Shown here in pieces: positions 36,423 through 45,071 of a stretch of DNA of 64,000 nucleotides. The first letter of the stretch is position 1. Each line of letters opens with the position of its first letter. The stretch is taken from the sequence record MG655270.1; one strand, given 5' to 3'. Made by a program: the position numbers and the translations under genes. Below the pieces are notes generated by a model that did no database searches, was not told the DNA's origin, and saw only the letters and a program-made list of their open reading frames with translations.

Positions 36423-37729
36423 ATATTCGCGACTATTTAATCATGGCCTTTCGGGCAGGGGCTTACAAGCAACGCCAGTGGGTGTTGAGTGTCATGAGTA
36501 TCACCCAGACCCCGGATGGTAAATCCGTAGCAGACAGTATGATCCCGTATCAGGCACACCGCATCAACATCGGTGCGACACTCGATTGGGCTTACTGGGA
36601 CGACTTCAACAAAACCTTTGTGCCGATCGAGGGAGTGGATGTTAACTTCCCGTTGTTTCGACCCGAGGATCAATACACACTACAACCTGGGGATTTCGCC
36701 AATGTCACTGAAGAAGTTACTACTACTTTCGGCCGTATTCTGGCTAACCATTATTATTTTATCGATGTGGTCGGTGAACGTGTCCCCTTTCAGAACGTAG
36801 AATTCAACCGCGGGATGCTGGAGAAGATCTACAAGGCCCGGGTATTAGAAGACGCCCAGGACTTGCGGCGTTCTGATCCGTTCTACCTGACCGTCGATGA
36901 ATTCAAACGCTCAGTGGATAATGGTTTTGCCTTGGGTGGGTTGTCGAAACTTTGTGTACCGACTGCTTGTCCGGAAACCATGTATCCGCCGAAGTTCATC
37001 ATCGAGATGCGTGACCGTCTGTTTGAAGAACACAAGGATGAGCTCAACAATCCGGTCGTCATGGGACGTATTCAGGATGAGCTGTTAAAGCACTACCGTG
37101 AGTTCCTAATGTCCACCCCGTCAGCCAAGTTCTTTGTGATCAAGAAGACCATCGACCAGGCCTTCAACAACATGTTCTTGACCGGTGGTATTGCGGGGGC
37201 TTTTGGCGGTAACACTGTTATTACCAACTCGCTGTACGAAGGCTGGAACCTGAAGAACTTCCCGGCGTTAGTGAATGGCTCTATCGAAGCTTCCTTTGAC
37301 CGTGGTGCAGCTACAGCTGATGGCGGCGAGAAAGTGAAGATGTTGATCCGTGCCACGCAGAACATCCGTATCACCGATGATGATTGTGGAACTCAGCTTG
37401 GGGTGCCGTGGGTGATTGAAGATGCCGGCAAGGCACGCTTCATTAACTCTTACATACTGGATAAGGGTGTGACGATTCTGTTAACTCCGGAGAACATTGA
37501 TAAGTTCGTCGGTAAACCAGTCATGACCCGTTCACCCAGCTTCTGTAAGAAATCCCATGGCGACTCCTGTAAGTTCTGCGTCGGTGCGCATAACGCCACC
37601 AACCCACGCGGGATGTCTTCTGGTACCTCGAAGATCGGTTCTACCCTGATGTTGTTATCGATGAAAGCGATGCATAAAGGCAGTAAGATCGATCTGATCG
37701 AGTATAACCTTGATGAGGTCTTTAACTGA
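36419..37729 (+). CDS. Virion RNA polymerase beta' subunit, C-terminal part (phiKZ gp80-like)
   Basis: SFDRGAATADGG bridge helix, DDCG, RSPSFC...C..CVG Zn site and SMKAMH trigger loop. Confidence 0.88.
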   Translation: MNIRDYLIMAFRAGAYKQRQWVLSVMSITQTPDGKSVADSMIPYQAHRINIGATLDWAYWDDFNKTFVPIEGVDVNFPLFRPEDQYTLQPGDFANVTEEVTTTFGRILANHYYFIDVVGERVPFQNVEFNRGMLEKIYKARVLEDAQDLRRSDPFYLTVDEFKRSVDNGFALGGLSKLCVPTACPETMYPPKFIIEMRDRLFEEHKDELNNPVVMGRIQDELLKHYREFLMSTPSAKFFVIKKTIDQAFNNMFLTGGIAGAFGGNTVITNSLYEGWNLKNFPALVNGSIEASFDRGAATADGGEKVKMLIRATQNIRITDDDCGTQLGVPWVIEDAGKARFINSYILDKGVTILLTPENIDKFVGKPVMTRSPSFCKKSHGDSCKFCVGAHNATNPRGMSSGTSKIGSTLMLLSMKAMHKGSKIDLIEYNLDEVFN

Positions 37730-37738
37730 GGATATCTG

Positions 37739-37752
37739 AAACCTACATTATA
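37739..37752 (+). promoter_or_regulatory. Variant phage promoter upstream of the 37.8-42.8 kb accessory island
   Basis: AAACCTACATTATA. Confidence 0.45.
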
Positions 37753-37784
37753 AAAAGGATATGATTTAATAAAAGGAGTTCCCG

Positions 37785-38492
37785 ATGTATGGTCTATTGA
37801 TCTTAGCACTACCCCGGTCACCGTACGTCCACATGAGTGCGATGACTGCGGACAGGTTTACTGAACTGCTCCCACAACTCCAGAAAGAGCTCGATGCAGA
37901 TATCTTTCCCAACGTCTGCTTCCAAGGTGCGTTTAACGTCAGCAACACGCGTACTGTAACACCCTTGTTCATTCCGTGTAATGGTTTGGTGTCAGCACGG
38001 GAACTGGGGTATGAGCAGATTCGTAACATTCTCGCTAACCCGGAGAAAGAGATCCAACATCTCACCAACATCGGTGACTGGTTAGGTCGTCCTGGCAGGC
38101 TGATGTTTGGTGATGATGATCAAGGTGTGTTGGTCACTGATATGTATAAGTGGCTACTGCAGGCAGGAAAGGTTCGTCTGTCATTTCGTTTCCAGCCGAT
38201 CTATCTGGCCGACGTAGCAGGCGAAGTAATTCCTACCCACACCTATCCGCGTGATCATTTCTACGACCAGGTCTACCTCGATAAAGACGGTGAGCGTGCT
38301 TTCCTGTCTTACGGCTCGTGTGGTGAAGAAGGCTGTGTCATAGAACCCAGAGAAGAGAAACCCGTGCAAGTGTACGGCGTTACCTACTCGTCACTGGATG
38401 AAGTGGCCCGATGCTATAACCTGCCTGAACAGTACGTGAAAGAACGCGTTGAGTCTGACAGCCTTGAATGGCTGGAGTGGTCATATTTGTAA
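37785..38492 (+). CDS. Hypothetical protein with C-terminal NUMOD1/HTH-like module; paralog of 42041-42823
   Basis: Shares LTNIGDWL and PV...G..YSS..E.A with the 42041 ORF. Confidence 0.7.
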   Translation: MYGLLILALPRSPYVHMSAMTADRFTELLPQLQKELDADIFPNVCFQGAFNVSNTRTVTPLFIPCNGLVSARELGYEQIRNILANPEKEIQHLTNIGDWLGRPGRLMFGDDDQGVLVTDMYKWLLQAGKVRLSFRFQPIYLADVAGEVIPTHTYPRDHFYDQVYLDKDGERAFLSYGSCGEEGCVIEPREEKPVQVYGVTYSSLDEVARCYNLPEQYVKERVESDSLEWLEWSYL

Positions 38493-38620
38493 AAGTATTT
38501 GGGGATGAGACGCAGAGCTGATTCCCATCTACGGTAAGTTGTTCAAGGAAGCAGCAAACCGGTTATAAAAAATGAAAGGGTTTTCGTAAGATAGTCAGTG
38601 CTCCGTACCCGAGACAATAC

Positions 38621-38818
38621 ATGACCACAAACCCGCAGTTTATTTTCGTGGCTCAGAATTCTGATGCTACACACAGCGTAGAGAAACTGGAAGTAGGACG
38701 CGATACCGATACCCAGAAGAACCTCACGGAACTTCGTAAAGGTTTGCCGTTCGACTTCTCGTTTATCATGTCTGAAGAGGCGATCTATCAACTTCGACAG
38801 GCAGGGCACATCAACTAA
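38621..38818 (+). CDS. Small hypothetical protein
   Basis: 65-aa ORF filling the gap before tad2. Confidence 0.55.
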   Translation: MTTNPQFIFVAQNSDATHSVEKLEVGRDTDTQKNLTELRKGLPFDFSFIMSEEAIYQLRQAGHIN

Positions 38819-38833
38819 ACTGCTGAGGTAGTC

Positions 38834-39286
38834 ATGACGAACAAATCGGAGATCTCACACGGTGGTGGTGATCAGCCTATGGAAAAAGAGCAAAGCAACT
38901 TATCCGTATTGGTGAACTACTCCACAGGTGTGATGGAAGGTGACCGTTTTAATTACTCGGTTGCATTGGCGCTGTTGAAAGACGGTATCAAAGTGAAACG
39001 CGAAGACTGGAAGAACGCTTTCCTGGTGTTCGTCCCGGGTAGTCAGAATGTTGAACTGCCAAAAGGGTCGCCGTATGAAGTCGCACTCCACGGTAAGAAG
39101 TCCGTTGCCAATATTCGTCCGCACATCGATCTGTACACGGAGTACGGTGAATTCGAAGTCGGTTGGACCGCCAACCAGGAAGACACCAACGCCGATGACT
39201 GGATGATTGTCTTAGACAAGAACACCAATCAAGACGACAGTGCCGACGAAGAGAAAGAGTCCTCAAACGACGACTCGAAGTCATAA
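38834..39286 (+). CDS. tad2: DUF2829 / Tad2-like anti-defence nucleotide sponge
   Basis: FNYSVALALLKDGIKVKREDWK...FLVFVPG...PHIDLYT...GWTANQEDTNADDWMIV matches the DUF2829 pattern F..AL.ALK.GKKV.R..W...W.ASQ.DML..DW. Confidence 0.8.
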   Translation: MTNKSEISHGGGDQPMEKEQSNLSVLVNYSTGVMEGDRFNYSVALALLKDGIKVKREDWKNAFLVFVPGSQNVELPKGSPYEVALHGKKSVANIRPHIDLYTEYGEFEVGWTANQEDTNADDWMIVLDKNTNQDDSADEEKESSNDDSKS

Positions 39287-39291
39287 ACCCC

Positions 39292-39319
39292 AGGAGAGCT
39301 TCGGCTCTCCTTTTATGCC
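39292..39319 (+). terminator. Hairpin + TTATGCC after tad2
   Basis: AGGAGAGC-TTCG-GCTCTCCT-TTTATGCC. Confidence 0.7.
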
Positions 39320-39335
39320 CATTAAGGAACATGTC

Positions 39336-39695
39336 ATGAGTGAAAAGAAAGCGTTTGAAGTGGTATTGGATAGCCGTCATGAACCGTACGAGGCTTACCA
39401 GTTATTAGTGGCTCGCATCAATACCTTATTGCGCACCGGTCAAGGCTACCATGAAGTGAAACTCACGAAGTGGCAGCTTTACGATAACGGTCTTCTTATC
39501 AAGGGAGATGATGATGTGCATATCTCCTTGTTGCGTCATTTCTATTACGATAAGCAACGCAATACGTTTGGTGGTGGCTTCATGGCCTTTGAGATCCTGG
39601 AAGATTTGGGTCGTTACTACAAGGTGCCCGATATCACAGAAGGGATGAGCGAGAACGTTGGCCTCGTCTTCACGGTCACGGTAACCACACCATAA
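39336..39695 (+). CDS. Hypothetical protein, TAW-family paralog A1
   Basis: Start at ATG 39336; motifs EVKLTKW and GDD..ISLL..F.YD. Confidence 0.7.
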   Translation: MSEKKAFEVVLDSRHEPYEAYQLLVARINTLLRTGQGYHEVKLTKWQLYDNGLLIKGDDDVHISLLRHFYYDKQRNTFGGGFMAFEILEDLGRYYKVPDITEGMSENVGLVFTVTVTTP

Positions 39696-39701
39696 GAGGT
39701 T

Positions 39702-40070
39702 GTGATGAAACCACTCTTCGCCATGAAGTTCGATACCCGGGATGCGGGATTAGGGGATCAGCTCGATCTGCTGCAATCACGGGTGAAGGCTTACTCTAAA
39801 CACGGCACCATGATCAAGGACGTGGCGGTGACGGCCTGGTTGGTCTGTTCGGATAACATGCCAGTTGCCGGTGATGACCCTGCTTATGCCAGCATTATCC
39901 ACCGTTACCGTTACGACATCGAACAGCAGTGTGTGGTCGGTGGGGTCAGTGCCATGGATGCTCTGCGTGAGATCTGGTCGGCGTATGGTCCTGACTCTAC
40001 CCTCCCACCGTTCAGCCGGATACCCGGTGCTGTCGATATGCAATTTACCTTAACTGTGTTCACTATTTAA
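39702..40070 (+). CDS. Hypothetical protein, TAW-family paralog A2
   Basis: Motifs DVAVTAW and GDD...SII..Y.YD. Confidence 0.7.
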   Translation: MMKPLFAMKFDTRDAGLGDQLDLLQSRVKAYSKHGTMIKDVAVTAWLVCSDNMPVAGDDPAYASIIHRYRYDIEQQCVVGGVSAMDALREIWSAYGPDSTLPPFSRIPGAVDMQFTLTVFTI

Positions 40071-40083
40071 AGGAGATGCCCTC

Positions 40084-40476
40084 ATGGGAGTTTCTACTGC
40101 TGCTGCTCGTCGTTCTAAAGAAGGGGTGTTTACCCGGAGTATTGAAGTGCGTCACGATCACTGGAAACGGGATATCACTGATTTAGGACTGGATGTCCAT
40201 AACCTGGTGTTGTGCAAGCAGGAGATCGTGTCCGTTACCCTCACCGCCTGGCGGGCGTATGATGAGTGCGGTGTATTGCGTGGCAGTGCCAAAGAGTTGA
40301 AGTTAGACATTACGGAATGGTTCCTCGGTGACAAAGGCCCGGTCATTAATGATGCGATCAAACCTCTCACGTTTGCCTTCATCATTAATCAACAACGCAG
40401 CCAACGCACGCCCTGGGTAAAAGATGTCCGCTTAGGGCTTAACCTGTCCATTGTCTACAAGAGGATTCAGCAATAA
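40084..40476 (+). CDS. Hypothetical protein, TAW-family paralog B1
   Basis: RBS AAGGAG; motifs SVTLTAW and RGSAKELKLDIT. Confidence 0.7.
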   Translation: MGVSTAAARRSKEGVFTRSIEVRHDHWKRDITDLGLDVHNLVLCKQEIVSVTLTAWRAYDECGVLRGSAKELKLDITEWFLGDKGPVINDAIKPLTFAFIINQQRSQRTPWVKDVRLGLNLSIVYKRIQQ

Positions 40477-40820
40477 TGGAAATTGTCCACCAACTCGATC
40501 TTAGCCACGGCTGGGAACCCTTCAACCGCCTGAAAGCCGCCTTTGCCAAGAAACCCCCGGAGGCGATCTACATCACTGCCTGGGTAGCTCATGGTTATAA
40601 AGGAAACCTCATCGGTGATGAGCAAGTGGTGAAAGGGTCGTGTCAGGAGTGCCGGATTGATGTGACCCACATCTTCTTTCCCAGTCGACCTGAGATCTTG
40701 ATTGGTTTGTCGAGCTTCATTAACACCATTAATCGTGACGGGCCGGTGAAGATCCCGGCCTGGACCGGATCGATTACTCTTTGTCTTGAATTAGCGATAA
40801 GTTATACGGATAGAATTTAA
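40476..40820 (+). CDS. Hypothetical protein, TAW-family paralog B2
   Basis: TAATG overlap; motifs AIYITAW and KGSCQECRIDVT. Confidence 0.7.
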   Translation: MEIVHQLDLSHGWEPFNRLKAAFAKKPPEAIYITAWVAHGYKGNLIGDEQVVKGSCQECRIDVTHIFFPSRPEILIGLSSFINTINRDGPVKIPAWTGSITLCLELAISYTDRI

Positions 40821-40927
40821 TCGGCATATATTCTGTCTCGTTAGCGTAAGCTCGCTAAAAACCCTTTTAAAGTTTTGTATAACAAACTATCAACTTTGTA
40901 GAAAGAAACAAATAGGAAATTAATCTC

Positions 40928-41638
40928 ATGTTGCATGAAAACTTTGAAGCCTTAGTGGCGAACATCGCCAACCAAATCAATCAGCTGGAGCCAGAGGATC
41001 TGTCGTCACTGATCCTGACCAAGAGCGGGGTCTACATCAACGACAAGCGACACGATCGCACGCGTCTGCTGCTGAACCTGTTTACCCCACAACCCGGGCA
41101 CACGCATGACGTGACCTTCGATCAAGAGCTGCAGGATGCTTTCGCTCACAACAACCTAGAGTTTATCAAAGTCGGTGAAGGGATCGCCTACGGACTACTG
41201 CGTACCAGTATCGTTAACAACGAACCCGCGGTGTTCTGGATTCACGCCGATGTCTCCGATGATGCATCATTACTGAAGCAAGCCTGGGATATCATCACCG
41301 ACCTGAAGAAGAATGCGGGTTACCCCCAGGCGTTTAACATTGACGTGCTCGACGTAAGCTGGCATGCGTTAAGCTGGGCACAACTGCTGGGGACTTTGCT
41401 TGACCGCACTGACCCGACCCGCCGGTTCCGCTTGGCAACTAACGCCGACTACGATTTTGTGTTATCCCAGAAAGCCATCACGTACTACCAGGAGACGTTG
41501 AGTAAACGTCCGATGGCACCGGTTGCTTACCTCGATGACACTAACTTGTTTAACGGTGGCGACTTTAACGACAGTGATCGCAACTGGGCAATCGCCCCGA
41601 ACGACAGCACCCGCCCTATCGTGAAGGTGTATGTTTAA
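40928..41638 (+). CDS. Hypothetical protein
   Basis: RBS AGGA; 236 aa. Confidence 0.7.
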   Translation: MLHENFEALVANIANQINQLEPEDLSSLILTKSGVYINDKRHDRTRLLLNLFTPQPGHTHDVTFDQELQDAFAHNNLEFIKVGEGIAYGLLRTSIVNNEPAVFWIHADVSDDASLLKQAWDIITDLKKNAGYPQAFNIDVLDVSWHALSWAQLLGTLLDRTDPTRRFRLATNADYDFVLSQKAITYYQETLSKRPMAPVAYLDDTNLFNGGDFNDSDRNWAIAPNDSTRPIVKVYV

Positions 41639-41696
41639 ATAAACACAAGCTCCAGATGGTATACTTGGAAACATTTATTGATCTGGAGCCCCAGCC

Positions 41697-41996
41697 ATGC
41701 AAAACAATGACGATGTGGTGCCGATGCACTATAACCACAACGTGGACATGAATAATCCGCTCGACGTGGATGAAGAGGCGTTAAAGGTTCGCTTCGCTGC
41801 GCGCCTGTGCAGCTTCCTTGATCTTGCCGAGCAACTGAATAAGGATGACTTAACCCAAAACGATATCAGTCAGTTCACCGTCGGTATCGTAAACTTAGTG
41901 TGTGACTCAATGGGCAGTAGTCCCAAACGAGACCTTTACAGGAGACAGATGGTTGACAAACTTGAACCTGTTCTGTCGAGGCATCTGATTAAATAG
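41697..41996 (+). CDS. Hypothetical protein
   Basis: RBS GGAG; 99 aa. Confidence 0.65.
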   Translation: MQNNDDVVPMHYNHNVDMNNPLDVDEEALKVRFAARLCSFLDLAEQLNKDDLTQNDISQFTVGIVNLVCDSMGSSPKRDLYRRQMVDKLEPVLSRHLIK

Positions 41997-42040
41997 TCGG
42001 AGGCGTGACGGAACGCGACTACATTGCAGTATAAAAGGAT

Positions 42041-42823
42041 ATGGCTATGACGTTCGAAAAAGAAGGGGACACGTTGCACATTGTGCGACTGAGAACCAAA
42101 GGCTGGTACCACATGACGGTAACCAGCGATCCTGATGCGAGTATGGATATCGTTAACACGAACTTACGTCAGGGCACTTTTACTGATCCACTTTTACAAC
42201 ACCAGTACGACATCTGTAAAAAAGAGATGGGACAAGATCCCAATCCAAATGACATCGTTTTCCACCAGTTCGTGACCACGCCAGACCAGACCGGGTATCA
42301 GTCTGGCCACTGGATGATTCGTGATCACATTCGCCACGGCTATTCACTGAAGTGCCTGACTAACATCGGTGACTGGCTTTCGACCGCAGCCTATCTTTAT
42401 ATCCCAGACCCTGATGATAAAGAGGGCGGTGAGAGAAAATACAAAGTAACTGACTTAGGTAAGTATCTCGACAAGGAAGAGTTATTGGGTCATTCTGACC
42501 ACCTGCCGATGTATTTCTTGCCTGATGAGGAACCGGGTGACAGCTATGATGAGTTGATTGAAACCCATCGTCTCCCGCAACCTGACAAAGGTTACTCTTG
42601 TGTGGCCATCAAGAACGGTATGTCGTTTAGTTTGCTGACGTACAACAACTCCAAGCGGGTGCTTTCAGAAGAGGAAGAACTGCAAACCACAACCGTCCCA
42701 GTCAGGGCAGATGGTTTGCTGTACAGCTCCGTCTTAGAGTTGGCTATGGCTAAGAACGCCCCAGTCTGGTTTGTCTTGGAGATGTTAACCTCCGAAACGG
42801 ACCCGAACTGGCATTTCGTCTAA
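42041..42823 (+). CDS. Hypothetical protein with C-terminal NUMOD1/HTH-like module; paralog of 37785-38492
   Basis: LTNIGDWL and PVRADGLLYSSVLELA motifs. Confidence 0.7.
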   Translation: MAMTFEKEGDTLHIVRLRTKGWYHMTVTSDPDASMDIVNTNLRQGTFTDPLLQHQYDICKKEMGQDPNPNDIVFHQFVTTPDQTGYQSGHWMIRDHIRHGYSLKCLTNIGDWLSTAAYLYIPDPDDKEGGERKYKVTDLGKYLDKEELLGHSDHLPMYFLPDEEPGDSYDELIETHRLPQPDKGYSCVAIKNGMSFSLLTYNNSKRVLSEEEELQTTTVPVRADGLLYSSVLELAMAKNAPVWFVLEMLTSETDPNWHFV

Positions 42824-42911
42824 CCGAGATTGGCTGTGGGGAATCCTATGCAATTGCAAAGTGTAGAGAGAACCACGGCCAATCGTAAGCTGTATCATAA
42901 GGAGAGAGATT

Positions 42912-44492
42912 GTGAGTGAAGCTAACCAGAACATCGTAGAAAGCTACGACGACCTGCCGAAGAACGCGCAGAAAGGTGATCGCTATACCGTGCGTGAAGA
43001 CGCGATCGTTTACGAACTCCAGGAAGATGGTTCTTGGAAAGACGTAGACATCAACGAACAGGTTGATCAGGAAAACGAAGAGCAGGCGCAGACCGAAGAT
43101 GGTCAGCAGTCTGACACCGGTGCAACTGATCAACCAGCCTCTGATGAAGAGGGCGATGCTGATTCGTCTAAAACGGCAGCTACCGATGAAGAAAACCAGG
43201 TAGATGACAACGGCAATGACAAGCAGACTCCGGCTGAAGAGAAGCAGGAAGAAGCAGCGCAGGCGGTTGATGAAACCCAGCCACGTGATGACCCTTACGT
43301 ACGAGGAGCGAACAGCGATGCCAATCCGGCACAACCTGAAGATGCGAATCAAACGCAAGATCAGACTGACGAAGCAGGACAAACTCCTGATTCTTCTGAC
43401 GATGCCAACGCGCAGCAGGAAAGCACTGATGGCGTTGCGACGCAGGATGCGAAAGAGCAGGCTAACATCCCGGAAGGGGTAGATCCTGAAGAAGCGCAAC
43501 CTGACAACCAGCCACTGGCGGTAGCGCCGGTTGAACAACCCCCTGTCCAGCACGAAGCGGTCGCGGTTGATCCTAACGCCGACCAACCATCACCTGAAGC
43601 GCGTCCAGACAGCAAGATCGAAGAAGCAGCTGAACTGAACGCACAGAAAGAAGATGCGGCTCGTGATGAGATCGCTGAAGCCGGTGCCGATGCACAAGCT
43701 GCGACCTCTGCTGAGCAGACTGACGCTGGCAAAGCCAAAGAAGACGCACAGGCTGAAGGCCAGTTGCCGAACGATGGTGCTGCTGATGATGTCGCCGCTG
43801 GTAAACCACGTAATGACCAGACCTACACCGAAGATCAGAAAGCGGCGAACACGCCAGCGCCTGAAATCGTGCAGGCTCAGGAAAACCATACGTCAGAGCC
43901 AGACCCGGTAGTCAGCCAGGAAGAGACCCATGTGCAGAACGCCACGGACCCTGACCAGCCGACTATCATCCCGCAGGAAGCGAAGTCTGAATCACTGGCG
44001 CATCAAGCGGCTGATCCAACGCAGGAAACTGTGTTTGTTAAGCAGGATGAAAACCTGGACCCGGAAGTGCGCGTGCTGCAACAGCGCATTGAAGAGTACA
44101 TCGGCAACATGGGTGTGAACGGTAAGCACGATCGCCGTGACGGTCCGAAGTATCAGGCTCGCCTGTACAAAGACCTGCACTCCATCATGGCGCTGGAGCC
44201 AGTGAAGTTCAAGCAAGTGATGGACTACCTGCTGAACCGTGTGTATGAAGAACGTGCCGGTGCTTTCTCCGACACCTATACGCGCCGTTACTTCGATCAG
44301 CTGTCACCGATGCACATGCAGACCGATCGCGTGCGTGAGTTTGACAACATCCTGTCGCTGGTAACCACTGTGGGTCATTCCAAAAACCGCAGTCGTGCCC
44401 TGCAGCAGGTTGATCTGCAACGCGCCCTGAAGAACATTCAGGATGCCGGTAAGCAGCAGCGTATGGCAGCGTACTTTGATGCTCTGCGTTAA
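42912..44492 (+). CDS. Large acidic disordered protein with helical C-terminal domain
   Basis: RBS AAGGAG; about 380 aa rich in E/D/Q/A/P, then an ordered ~140-aa domain. Confidence 0.8.
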   Translation: MSEANQNIVESYDDLPKNAQKGDRYTVREDAIVYELQEDGSWKDVDINEQVDQENEEQAQTEDGQQSDTGATDQPASDEEGDADSSKTAATDEENQVDDNGNDKQTPAEEKQEEAAQAVDETQPRDDPYVRGANSDANPAQPEDANQTQDQTDEAGQTPDSSDDANAQQESTDGVATQDAKEQANIPEGVDPEEAQPDNQPLAVAPVEQPPVQHEAVAVDPNADQPSPEARPDSKIEEAAELNAQKEDAARDEIAEAGADAQAATSAEQTDAGKAKEDAQAEGQLPNDGAADDVAAGKPRNDQTYTEDQKAANTPAPEIVQAQENHTSEPDPVVSQEETHVQNATDPDQPTIIPQEAKSESLAHQAADPTQETVFVKQDENLDPEVRVLQQRIEEYIGNMGVNGKHDRRDGPKYQARLYKDLHSIMALEPVKFKQVMDYLLNRVYEERAGAFSDTYTRRYFDQLSPMHMQTDRVREFDNILSLVTTVGHSKNRSRALQQVDLQRALKNIQDAGKQQRMAAYFDALR

Positions 44493-44505
44493 TTGATCAT
44501 TTGAT

Positions 44506-44557
44506 CAGCATAAGGAGAGGCCTCGCGCCTCTCCTGTTTATGCCGTCTTTTTTTTTT
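44506..44557. terminator. Bidirectional hairpin flanked by TTATGC(C/T)G on both strands
   Basis: CAGCATAA-GGAGAGGC-CTCGC-GCCTCTCC-TGT-TTATGCCG followed by a T tract. Confidence 0.75.
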
Positions 44558-45059
44558 ACACTAAAATACCGTTAAAAGCCACCGGGTCATTACCCAGGAA
44601 TGGGTTGTACCGAACCACAGACCCTAATGTGTAATCGTAGTAGATAAAGTCCAAGCATTGCGCACCCTGGTAGGTAGTCCATGACTTTGATAGATAACCA
44701 TTGCGGTCTAACGCAACGTAAGCTGGGCGGCTTGACAACGGAGTAAACTTCATCAACACTTGTGGTTGGTTGTTGAGGTTGTTTGTAAATACAGGCAAGG
44801 AAGGATGCGCATGCCTTGCAATCGAACACAACCAAGAGTCGTAGGTAAACCACTCTTTATACGACGTACCGTACATGTTGTTGGATGTGTTCAATGTAGT
44901 ATTAACATATTTACCGGCAGTAGCAGACATACTGGTACTTGCGTTCGCTACCTTTGTATATTTAGCGGTATTAGCTGCAAGCCACTCCTGGAATTGCGCA
45001 TAGGTCATTTTGGTACCTATCTGCGGCTGTGACTTACTACCCATTAACATCTCTAACAT
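44556..45059 (-). CDS. Putative virion/tail-associated protein; paralog of 45072-45581
   Basis: MLEMLM start; shared IARHA.P, Y..LxRNGY.S, LDFIYYD and FNGIL. Confidence 0.7.
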   Translation of the reverse strand: MLEMLMGSKSQPQIGTKMTYAQFQEWLAANTAKYTKVANASTSMSATAGKYVNTTLNTSNNMYGTSYKEWFTYDSWLCSIARHAHPSLPVFTNNLNNQPQVLMKFTPLSSRPAYVALDRNGYLSKSWTTYQGAQCLDFIYYDYTLGSVVRYNPFLGNDPVAFNGILV

Positions 45060-45071
45060 GGTAACTCCTGA

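Noticed and set aside
38493-38620. 128-nt gap as a possible tRNA, ribozyme or ncRNA
   Set aside because: No cloverleaf, T-loop or hammerhead core; only short weak stems.
42846-43738. Minus-strand ORFs of 246 aa (hydrophobic) and 125 aa (Ser/Ala-rich)
   Set aside because: Antisense shadows of the acidic plus-strand gene.
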